A stretch of 64,000 nucleotides of DNA from an uncultured Chloroflexia bacterium (GTDB lineage: Bacteria > Chloroflexota > Limnocylindria > Limnocylindrales > CSP1-4): NCBI GenBank assembly GCA_963734535.1, contig CAVTHS010000002.1:32001-96000 (forward strand), in the 5' to 3' direction. The stretch's first letter is position 1; each line of letters opens with the position of its first letter. The notes under the pieces were generated by a model that worked only from the letters and a program-made list of their open reading frames with translations, was not told the DNA's origin and made no database searches. This document shows, one piece after another, positions 1-8,177 of the stretch. A program made the translations under genes and the position numbers.

Positions 1-393
1 AGCCGGCCTCTCGAGGTGCGAGGACCTCCGCGCGCAGCTCGTTCCCGAGCTACTGGGGGCGACCGGAGGGCGATGCCGCCCTCGACGTGGCGCGTCGTCG
101 GGTACGTCTGGCAGCCGCGGAGCGCCGCCTCCGTCTGGGCGTGGAGGAAGTTCCGTAGCGTCGTCCTCGACGCCCGGCCGTGTCGGGACCCGCCGGCGAC
201 CTCCGCCGCGATGGCGCTCGGTCCGTCGGGATCGCGACCTGAGCTGGGAGCACTCGAAGCGGATCTTGACCGCGATCCGGCGGCGCTCGGTCAACTGGTT
301 GACCCGCCACGGGCCCTGTCGCGAAGCGTACCGAAGCGGTTCCCGACGAGGATCAGGGCGCGCGTCTAGTTCGTGTGGACGCTCGTGAGCCCG

Positions 394-596
394 CCATGGC
401 AGCGAGGCACGAACGAGAACACCAACGGCCTCCTGCGCCAGTACCTCCCGAAGGGCATCGACCTCGCGCCCTATTGACCCAGGCGGCGCTCGACGCCATC
501 GCCGCCGAACTCAACGGCCGCCCTCGACAGACCCTCGGCTGGATGACACCATCTGAGGCGCTCGCCGCGGTGTTGCGATGACCGGTTGAATCCGCC
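394..596 (+). mobile_element. IS30-family remnant (transposase C-terminal fragment plus right end)
   Basis: Reads [24 protein letters not shown] from 394, then after a frameshift TQAALDAIAAELNGRPRQTLGWMTPSEAL..VLR* ending 581, the typical IS30 transposase C-terminus. It is overlapped and followed by TGTTGCGATGACCGGTTGAATCCGCC, resembling an IS30 terminal IR. The N-terminal part is absent. Confidence 0.88.
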
Positions 597-666
597 CCGC
601 TTTGACTGCGACTCCACGCTTGCGATGGGCCCTGGCGATCGGCTGGCACGATAATCGGTGCAGGCC

Positions 667-715
667 GGCCGGCTGCCCGGGCCGACGGGCCGGCTGCCCC
701 GGCGACGGGCCGGTG
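667..715. repeat. Short imperfect tandem repeat (20-21 bp, ~2.4 copies)
   Basis: GGCCGGCTGCCCGGGCCGACG / GGCCGGCTGCCCCGGCGACG / GGCCGGTG. Confidence 0.55.
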
Positions 716-967
716 CGGGTCGGTCGGGCCTGGCAGCCGACCCTCACCCCCCAGCAATCCGGGAGGCTCCACCGATGCCGGGCTCCACGAAGCGAGCGAC
801 GCCGGCCCCCGCCGATGCGCCGCCCGCTCCGGGATGTGATACGCCTGCCGCCGAGCCGGGTCGGGCCTCGCGGGGGAGCGTGGTCGGCCTCGCCGACCGG
901 AGCCGGCCCTGGCCGGTCCGGGCCGGCGCCCGCCCGGCCGACCAGCCGAGCCGGCAGGGGCCAGCCG

Positions 968-2308
968 CTACCCCGCGGCGCGGAGCTCCGCCTCGGCGTC
1001 GGCGACCTTGACCAGGATGCCGGCCCGCAGCGAGTCGAGCCCCGTCCACACGCCCTTGGTGGCATTGCTGATGGACGTCAGGTTGCTCTTGAGCGTCTTG
1101 ATGGCCTCCAGCTGTTCGCGCACGCCCGCGAGGGCCCGCGCGATCGCCGCCGCGTCGACCTCGACCTCCCGTTCGTCCAGCGTGGCCATGGCCAGCAGGC
1201 GGGCCAGCCGGATTGCCGCCGCCAGGAAGGCGGGTTCCGGAGCGTCCGGGTCGACGACGCAGTAGACGTCGCCGCCGATGACCGTGAAGGGGTCGATGCC
1301 CGAGGGCGCGTGGGCCGGGGTGAACACGATGACGCCGACGGACGCGCCGCGGTTCTCCTTCGCCTCGCGCAGCTCCTCGCGGATGGCGCGGAGAGACATC
1401 GGGCGATCCTTCGCCTCGACGACCACGCGCACGTCGTGGCCGCGGGTGAGCCCGGGGTCCAGGGTGAGGACGAAGTCGCCCTTCTTCGACTTGAGGACGG
1501 AGCCCGTCTCGGCCGCCGTCCGGTCCAGCAGGTCGCCGGCGCCGCGGGCGCCCTCGGCGAGCAGGTCCTCGAGCAGGTCCTCGAAGTCGCCGCCCTTGGC
1601 GGTGCCCTTCGCGCGCTCCTGGGCGCGGGCGTTCGAGGCGGCCTCCAGCGCAGCGATGCGCTCGTTGAGCTTGTTGAAGCCCTCGGTCATCTCGCCCCGG
1701 AACTGGAAGAGCGGCGAGCCCAGGCGGGTGGGGTCGAGCAGGGTGGCGAGCTTGCTGCCGTCGCCGTCGATGTACGCCCCGAGGAGCGACTTGATGCGGC
1801 CGATGGCGCTGTCGCGTTTCGTCTCGTCGAAGAGCTCGTCCGTGAGCGAGCGGAGCTTGCCGCGGTCGCCCAGGAAGGCCTCGAGCGTGCGCGGGAGGCG
1901 CCCGTCGCCGTCGGCGAAGTTCTGGCGAAGGAGCTGGTCCAGGGCGGTGGCAGCCTTGGCGTTGGCGTCCTCCGTCTGGCGCAGGAGTGTTGCGAACTCG
2001 GCGCGGACCGCGTCGACGTTGACGGTCACGCCGGCGTCCATGAGGGCGGTCAGGCCGATCTTGAGGGCCCGCTCGACGAGGACCGCGCGCTCCTCGGCGG
2101 GGCGCTCTGCGACGAATGCGGCCAGGCTGGCGTCGACGAGGACCAGGCGGTCGACGACCATGCGGTCGCGCTCGACCGAGATGCGCGTGGCGGTGGCCGG
2201 GGCGCTCGCCGGCGTGGCGACCGGCGGCAGGTTGGTGGCCGCCGAGCCCGGAATGGGCACGCGGCCGGCGGGGGAGGGAAGCGTCACGAGGTTGGCGGGG
2301 GCGTCCAT
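968..2308 (-). CDS. Coiled-coil protein with PD-(D/E)XK nuclease domain (RmuC/DUF2130-like)
   Basis: 446 aa. Helical N-terminal half, then KGGDFE..KKGDFV..VVVEAKD restriction-endonuclease-like motifs and a C-terminal coiled coil. Confidence 0.75.
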   Translation of the reverse strand: MDAPANLVTLPSPAGRVPIPGSAATNLPPVATPASAPATATRISVERDRMVVDRLVLVDASLAAFVAERPAEERAVLVERALKIGLTALMDAGVTVNVDAVRAEFATLLRQTEDANAKAATALDQLLRQNFADGDGRLPRTLEAFLGDRGKLRSLTDELFDETKRDSAIGRIKSLLGAYIDGDGSKLATLLDPTRLGSPLFQFRGEMTEGFNKLNERIAALEAASNARAQERAKGTAKGGDFEDLLEDLLAEGARGAGDLLDRTAAETGSVLKSKKGDFVLTLDPGLTRGHDVRVVVEAKDRPMSLRAIREELREAKENRGASVGVIVFTPAHAPSGIDPFTVIGGDVYCVVDPDAPEPAFLAAAIRLARLLAMATLDEREVEVDAAAIARALAGVREQLEAIKTLKSNLTSISNATKGVWTGLDSLRAGILVKVADAEAELRAAG

Positions 2309-2337
2309 GGCCCGACTCTGGGGGCGGGCTGTGCCAG

Positions 2338-2481
2338 CTAGGGTGTCATTGTCTCGGAGAGCAGGCGGAAACCCGCCGAGCGCAGGTACTCGTACGTCTC
2401 ATCGAGGACCGGAATCGGCGGCACGAACACGACCGTCACATCGCGCGCTCGGGTCAGGAGTATCCGATAGGCGTTCAGGCG
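2338..2481 (-). pseudogene. C-terminal remnant of a DUF2075 (Schlafen-associated SF1 helicase) gene
   Basis: RLNAYRILLTRARDVTVVFVP..DETYEYLRSAGF matches the NAYRVLLTRAR helicase motif-VI tail of DUF2075 proteins. Upstream sequence is unrelated. Confidence 0.7.
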
Positions 2482-2998
2482 ACCGCCCGTTGGTCGATCG
2501 CGGCTTCGGGCAGTCTCCAGGGTGGGCACGGGATCCATCGACCGCAGGAAGCGTGGGTTCGCCGCCAGGTCGGTCCTTCGTCCGTCTGACTCCGGGTTCG
2601 CCTGGGTACTCACCTTGCCGAGGCCTTCCCGGCGACGCCGAGCCGTCGCGACGGGCGACGCCCGAGCACGGCTCCGAGGTTCGTGAGCGCTGCGCCCGCG
2701 TGGGCGCGAGGGTCGGTGAGGAACTGATCAAATGCGTGTCACGCGAGCGTCAGGGTGGGCGGCACGGCCAGGCTGTGGCGTCGAGGTGCCCGCTGAGCGT
2801 GGCGGTGGCCAGGGGATCCTGTCATCTGACCGTCACCGTGCCGATCTGATCGGATTGGCCCGTCGCGACCCGGCATACGGTCCGCATGGCGAGCAATTGA
2901 GAGGATGGTGCGGTGGACCCTGACCTGGCGGTGGCCACTGACGCGGTCCGCGAGCGCCACAATGTCGGGGATCGGCGGGATCGGCCGCTGACAACCTC

Positions 2999-4024
2999 GT
3001 GATCCAGGGAGATCCCGCGATGCCGTTCTCAGTGAACCTCGGTGGGCTTGGGTCGCTCATGCACCGGACGGGATCCGCGCCGTCGCCGTTCGACGCGATC
3101 AACGGGACGCGACTGGCCGGACCGCAGGGAAGCCACCCGCTCCACTCGGTCATGGCGGAGGAGCTTGTCCGCGCGAGCGACGGGCCGATCACCGGCGAGA
3201 TCAGCCTCGACCACCCGGCGCGCGTCGGGGAGGGCATCACCGGGACGATCCGCCTGGCCGCGACCGAGCAGGTGATCGCCCGAGGCGCCACCCTGCGGCT
3301 GGTCGGCCTGCGCCTGGACGAGGTGACGCGCTCGCAGGAGAGTCGCGACAGCGACGGGCACGTGACGAGCTCGGAGCACTGGGTGGAGGTCCACGGCACG
3401 CTCTTCATCGACGACGCGTTCCCCGAGCCGGCCATCCCCCCGACCATGGAGCCGGGAACCACCTGGGAGTCCCGCTTCGCCGTCCCGGCCCCGCCCCTGG
3501 GGCCGCCAACCGCGCACCTTGGCGAGTCGATCGTGGCGTGGGCGCTCGAGGCACACTGGGACATCCCGCACGGACACGACCACTTCGTGGCGGCCCACGT
3601 GCCGCTCGCCCAGCACCCGGACCTGTTGCGGGCCGGCGTCGGCAAGCAGGGGGGTCCGAGCCTCCTGGATGGCGTGTCGATCGGCGACGCCATGATCAGC
3701 GTCACCTCGCAGCTGCCCGCTTCCGCGGGTTCGGAGATGGTCGTCAGCGTGCGCTGGCCCTCGGCCCCGGGCGGCCAGAAGGGTCGCGTGGAGCTGCACC
3801 GCCGGACGAACGCGCCGAACGGCACCGAGGGAATCATCGCGTCGGTTCCCATCGACCCGGCGAAGCTGGCAGCTGGCGAAACGGAGGTGCGGCTGGTCGT
3901 CCCGCCGGGCTCCGCGCCATCGTTCGACGGGGCGGGCCTCGAGATCACCTACGTGGTCCGGGTGCTCGTCGACCGACGCTTCAGAACCGACGCGGCGATC
4001 GAGCGGCCGGTCGGGATCGTCTGA
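2999..4024 (+). CDS. Arrestin-fold/Spo0M-like protein with two beta-sandwich domains
   Basis: GEGITGTIRL..RFAVPAPPLGPPT..IVAWALEAHWDIP, and a second unit ..RLVVPPGSAPSFDGAGLEITYVVRVLVDR. Start uncertain (2999/3020/3059). Confidence 0.6.
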   Translation: MIQGDPAMPFSVNLGGLGSLMHRTGSAPSPFDAINGTRLAGPQGSHPLHSVMAEELVRASDGPITGEISLDHPARVGEGITGTIRLAATEQVIARGATLRLVGLRLDEVTRSQESRDSDGHVTSSEHWVEVHGTLFIDDAFPEPAIPPTMEPGTTWESRFAVPAPPLGPPTAHLGESIVAWALEAHWDIPHGHDHFVAAHVPLAQHPDLLRAGVGKQGGPSLLDGVSIGDAMISVTSQLPASAGSEMVVSVRWPSAPGGQKGRVELHRRTNAPNGTEGIIASVPIDPAKLAAGETEVRLVVPPGSAPSFDGAGLEITYVVRVLVDRRFRTDAAIERPVGIV

Positions 4025-4068
4025 CCTCCCGACGCGAGCGCGGGAGTTCCGGTGGAAGGAAGAAGCCG

Positions 4069-4362
4069 ATGAAGGTGCTGGCGCTCGGCCGCGACCTGGT
4101 GGCGGAAGACGACCCGCGGTTCGCGGACCTGCGGGCGGCGGAGGCCAGGGCCGTCTGGGAGCTCACCCAGGGCGACGTCCTCCGCGAGGTCTACTTCGAG
4201 GCGGATCGGCCGAACGCCGTCCTCGTCTTCGAGGTACCCGACGTCGCCGCGGCCCGGGCCGCCCTCGACAGCCTGCCGCTCGTGGCTGCCGGGCTCATCG
4301 ACTTCGATCTCGTCCCACTGCGGCCGTACCCGGGCTTCGCGCGCCTCTTCCGGGAGGCGTAA
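4069..4362 (+). CDS. Muconolactone-isomerase-like / dimeric alpha-beta barrel protein
   Basis: EARAVWEL..LREVYF..AVLVFE..ARAALDSLPL..LIDFDLVPL pattern; purine-rich RBS before ATG 4069. Confidence 0.7.
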   Translation: MKVLALGRDLVAEDDPRFADLRAAEARAVWELTQGDVLREVYFEADRPNAVLVFEVPDVAAARAALDSLPLVAAGLIDFDLVPLRPYPGFARLFREA

Positions 4363-4408
4363 GGACGATCCTGCCCGGGCCGTGCGTGCCGCTCCGCTTG
4401 TGGGGCGC

Positions 4409-4972
4409 TCACCGCTCGATCGCCGCTCCGAGGTTGCGGATCAGGTTGAGCCCCGCGGCCACCTCCTCGCGCGGGGCGTAGGGGCCGGGCATCAGGAAGC
4501 ACGGGCGGGCGGCAAGTGCCATTCCGTCGATGCGACCCCATGGCTCCGGGATGTGCCGACCGGCGCAGGCCTCGGCCGCGCGCTTGTAGACGAAGATGAC
4601 CGCGGCAGGTCGCCAGATCGCGACCTTCTGGAAGAGCGGGCCGACCCCCGCCCGAAGCTCGGTCTCGCTGGCCGCGTCGCGCGGAGTGGGGAGCTTGAGC
4701 AGATCCGTGATCCCGTGGCCGGCTGCGACCAGGGCGTCGTCTGCGGAGGCGAGATCCGTGTCGGCAGGCAGGATCCGCGCGACGACCAACCGGCGCCAGA
4801 ACGACTGCCCGAGGCGGCCGCGATGGTAGTGGCCGGCCTGGACGCTGACCGGCGACGGGTTCAGGCCCACGAACAGCAGGCGACCCGGCTCGGGCGGCAG
4901 GTCGGCCAGCGTCTCGACGGGAAGACCGTCGATCACGAGCGTGATCCGGTGGTCGTCGGTTTCTTCGTTCAC
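4409..4972 (-). CDS. mug: Mismatch-specific uracil-DNA glycosylase (UDG family 2)
   Basis: LFVGLNPS..GHY..FWRRL..GITDL motifs; GTG start 7 nt after a TACCCT -10-like box. Confidence 0.8.
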   Translation of the reverse strand: MNEETDDHRITLVIDGLPVETLADLPPEPGRLLFVGLNPSPVSVQAGHYHRGRLGQSFWRRLVVARILPADTDLASADDALVAAGHGITDLLKLPTPRDAASETELRAGVGPLFQKVAIWRPAAVIFVYKRAAEACAGRHIPEPWGRIDGMALAARPCFLMPGPYAPREEVAAGLNLIRNLGAAIER

Positions 4973-5067
4973 GGACCGAAGGGTAGGGGATGCCCAGCCT
5001 CGCGTGCGGCATCCGGGATCGTCGGGCCAGGCCGCGTCGTGCGCCGCGACCGGGCCGCGCGGACGTC

Positions 5068-5649
5068 CTACGACGCGCGTCCGATCTCGGTCGCCTCCGG
5101 CACCTCGACCAGCCGGCCCGTGTGGACGTCGTAGAGGTACCCGTACACCGGGATGCGGCCGGGCACGAGCGGGTGATCCCGGATCCGCCGGACGTCGTCG
5201 ACGACGCTGCCAGCCTGGTCGGCGATCGTGAGCCAGTCGATGTTCGCGCCCTCGGTGGATCCCGGGCCAGGCCCGACGTCGCGGAACCCATCGGGTCCGA
5301 GCGCGGCAGTCTCCAGGCTGCTGGCGAGGAGGCCCCGGATCGCCTCGTCCGTGAAGAGCTCCATGCCGCAGTCGGTGTGGTGGACGACGAACCACTCGGC
5401 GGTTCCGAGGAGCTTGTACGAGATCACGAGCGAGCGGATCGCATCGTCGCTCGCGCGGCCGCCGGCGTTGCGGATCACGTGCGCGTCGCCCTCGCGCAGG
5501 CCCGCGTACTTCGCCGGGTCGAGCCGGGCATCCATGCAGGTGAGGATCGCGATCCGCCGGGCAGGCACAGCCGGGAGCTCGGCTCGTGGACCGAACGATG
5601 CGGCGTAGGCCGCGTTGGCAGCGAGGACTTCGTCGAGGACGGCGGACAT
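5068..5649 (-). CDS. Beta-class carbonic anhydrase
   Basis: [20 protein letters not shown] Zn-ligand motifs, YDVHTGRL. Confidence 0.95.
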   Translation of the reverse strand: MSAVLDEVLAANAAYAASFGPRAELPAVPARRIAILTCMDARLDPAKYAGLREGDAHVIRNAGGRASDDAIRSLVISYKLLGTAEWFVVHHTDCGMELFTDEAIRGLLASSLETAALGPDGFRDVGPGPGSTEGANIDWLTIADQAGSVVDDVRRIRDHPLVPGRIPVYGYLYDVHTGRLVEVPEATEIGRAS

Positions 5650-5992
5650 GGGGACGCACTCCTGGGAAGCGGGCCGGCGACGGACCCATGGGACACGGCG
5701 CTCGCCGCACCGACGCGGGAAGCCAGATCAGGGTCGGCGGCCCTCCGCCGTCGCGGAGAGGAGACAGAACGGCCGCGGCTCCTCGCGGATCCGCGGCCCC
5801 GTGACCGGCGTCGACCCGGTTCGACCGGGCAGGTCGAGCAGCGTGTCAGGCGCGCGCCTCCATACGGCGGGGCCGCCGACGACAACACCGCGCCTCGAGG
5901 ATCGCCCGGGCATCTGCCCGATCAGTGCTCACCCGGCAACAGTAGCCGAGCCCCCGAGGGGGCGCAACGGTCGTATCCACCGCGCAACGGGC

Positions 5993-6808
5993 CTAACCGG
6001 TCCCGGCGGGCGCCTCCGCGTCGGCGTGCCAGGCAGACGCCGCATAGCGGTCGGCGAGGAGGCGCTCGGTGGCGACGCGCTCGGCGGGCGAGAGGGCCGT
6101 GGAAGCCGCGGCATCGACGCCGAAGGCCCGCAGCACCGCGATCTCCACGTCGGCCGCGGCCGGCGCGGCGCCGAGCTCGCGCGCGAGGGATGTGACGGCT
6201 ACGCGGCGGCTCATCGTGCGCTCCCAGCGTGGGTCGCCCGGCGCGCCCGGTCCGTTGCAGACACGAGCCAGCGCGTCGAGATCGGCGTCGACGAGGAGCG
6301 TCGCGTGGACGAGCAGGGCCCGGCCGCCGATCCATGCGGCCACGCCGGAGAGCTTTCCGCCGGGCGCCACGACGTCACGTTCGGTCAACTCCGCCGCCAC
6401 CCCCAGCGATCGGACGGCGGCCGCCAGCGGCGCCAGGACGAGCCGGTACAGCCCGGGCAGCCGCCGCAGCGACGGGTCGGCGACCAGGAGCGCGTCTTCA
6501 GGGCGGAGCACGACCGAGACGTTGAGGTTGCCCGGGTCGTGCCAGACCGTCCCGCCGCCCGTGAACCGGCGCAGGACCGGGGCGCCCAGCGCCGCCGCCG
6601 CCTCGAGGTCCACCTCCGCGGCCCCGAGCTGGAAGCGTCCCACGACCGCGCACGGCGCATTCCGCCAGAGCCGGAGGACGGGCGTCCGCGCCTCGGCATC
6701 GGCAGCCACATGACGGGCGATCGCCTCCTCGCGCGCCAGGTTGGTCCGCGGGTCGCGTTCGCCGTCGTCCGCGAGGTAGCGCCACGGAATGTCGTTGCCG
6801 GGCTCCAA
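5993..6808 (-). CDS. Lipoate-protein ligase/octanoyltransferase family (single domain)
   Basis: NLAREE, LRLW, RRFTGGGTVWHD, KLSG, HATLL motifs. Probable TTG start 6808, just downstream of the preceding gene. Confidence 0.85.
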   Translation of the reverse strand: MEPGNDIPWRYLADDGERDPRTNLAREEAIARHVAADAEARTPVLRLWRNAPCAVVGRFQLGAAEVDLEAAAALGAPVLRRFTGGGTVWHDPGNLNVSVVLRPEDALLVADPSLRRLPGLYRLVLAPLAAAVRSLGVAAELTERDVVAPGGKLSGVAAWIGGRALLVHATLLVDADLDALARVCNGPGAPGDPRWERTMSRRVAVTSLARELGAAPAAADVEIAVLRAFGVDAAASTALSPAERVATERLLADRYAASAWHADAEAPAGTG

Positions 6809-6818
6809 CGTCGTCGGG

Positions 6819-7604
6819 CTACTCCTCGTCGGCCGAGCCGAGGCCCTCGAGCCCGGCGGACTCGGACGCGGCCTCGCCGCCGGAGCAGTCGAGCATGGCG
6901 GTGAACGGGTCGATCGCCGTCTGCGCCGCCTGGTGCTCCGCGATCCAGGAGCGCCACTCGGCACGAACCGCCGCCGTGAACGCGGCGGTCGTCCGGCTCG
7001 CGACGGTGACGCGCAGCGTGCTCAACCGCGACCGAAGCTCCGTCTCCCAGTCGGACGCGATCCCCTCGTGGCGCGCCTCGTGGGCCCGCAGCTCGCCCGT
7101 CATCGTCGACCAGCCGGTGGCCATGGCGGCGTTCGTCGGGGCCCACGACGGCATGTCGACGCTGACGCGCTTCGTAACGGTCGGGTTCGCGACCGTGGCC
7201 GTGATCACGCCACCGGATTCCTCGAAGGCTGGATCCCCGCCCCACGCGAAGGAGACGTTCGTCCGGGCCCAGCCGCTGTCCGCGCGGTACGGGCTGTTGG
7301 TATTCATGTAGCCGACCACGCGGTCGCAGTCGGCGGTGCCTCGCGGGAGCGTGACGGCCCAACGCTGGACGGGGAGCGCCGCGGCGGGAGCGAGAAGTCG
7401 CTGGAGCGCCGCGTTGCCGTGCCGGCGCTGGACCACGTCCGCAAGCCGCTGGCGGGTGCCCGCGTCGGCGCCCGTCATGAGCGCTCGCAGCGTGGCGGGA
7501 TTCGTCGCCACGTCGAGGGCCGGCTCGCAGCGGACGGCCGGGCGCGCGCCGTGGCGCTGCGGTCCGTGCTCGCGGGTGCCTGCATGGGCGAGGCCGGTTC
7601 CCAT
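6819..7604 (-). CDS. DUF922-like HEXXH zinc peptidase with QRxxGNAAxQRL N-terminal motif
   Basis: MPSW..WSTMTGELRAHEARHEGIA..HQAAQTAID is a DUF922-like pattern; N-terminal VQRRHGNAALQRLL..VQRW. Start inferred at ATG 7604. Confidence 0.65.
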   Translation of the reverse strand: MGTGLAHAGTREHGPQRHGARPAVRCEPALDVATNPATLRALMTGADAGTRQRLADVVQRRHGNAALQRLLAPAAALPVQRWAVTLPRGTADCDRVVGYMNTNSPYRADSGWARTNVSFAWGGDPAFEESGGVITATVANPTVTKRVSVDMPSWAPTNAAMATGWSTMTGELRAHEARHEGIASDWETELRSRLSTLRVTVASRTTAAFTAAVRAEWRSWIAEHQAAQTAIDPFTAMLDCSGGEAASESAGLEGLGSADEE

Positions 7605-7883
7605 TGCGGTTACGGTACCCGGCCCGCGCAAGACGTGCCGCCAGACCCCGCCGTGACTCCGGCCCTCGGCCGACCTGCGGTCTCCTGGCGACAAGACGGG
7701 CGCGCACCGTCCGCTGAAGTGTCGCAGCGCCGACGGCTCGTCGATCACGCGGAGGCCGTGCTGGACCGCGGCGCAATGGCCGTCTCAAGCGACCTTGCAC
7801 TCGGGATGCAAGGGGACCTTCGTCACCTGCGCGCGGGCCGTTGCGCCCTCGCGTCACCCCGGCAGGTCGGGTTCCATGGGCGC

Positions 7884-8177
7884 ATGGCGTCCCCGCCCGC
7901 ATCCCCTGCCGCCGTCCCGCTCACGTCCCTGGCGATCGGCAGGTCGGCGCGAATCGTGGCGATCCCGGCGGACGCTGCCGTCGCCCTCGCGGCAGAGGGA
8001 CTGACGGCCGGAGACCTCCTCGAGATCGAGACGCGCCAGCCGTTCGGCGGGCCGGTCGTCGTGCGCGCCGGCCATGCACGCCTGGCACTCGCGGCGCGGA
8101 TCGCCCGCGGAATCGTCGTTGAGCCGCGTGGCGTCGGGGCGCCGACGCGATGCGACGTCGGGGCGCCGATGCGATGA
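7884..8177 (+). CDS. feoA: Ferrous iron transport protein A
   Basis: LTSL..G..ARIV..LAAEGL..G..PFGGPVVVR..RLAL; ATGA overlap with feoB. Confidence 0.88.
   Translation: MASPPASPAAVPLTSLAIGRSARIVAIPADAAVALAAEGLTAGDLLEIETRQPFGGPVVVRAGHARLALAARIARGIVVEPRGVGAPTRCDVGAPMR

Noticed and set aside
1-360. Protein-like minus-strand fragments (GPWRVNQLTE..IAVKIRFE; LRNFLHAQTEAALRGCQTYP)
   Set aside because: Broken across frames and I cannot assign a family. Possibly a decayed gene, but unsupported.
7605-7883. Fur/DtxR box upstream of feoAB
   Set aside because: No AT-rich palindrome matching either consensus is visible.
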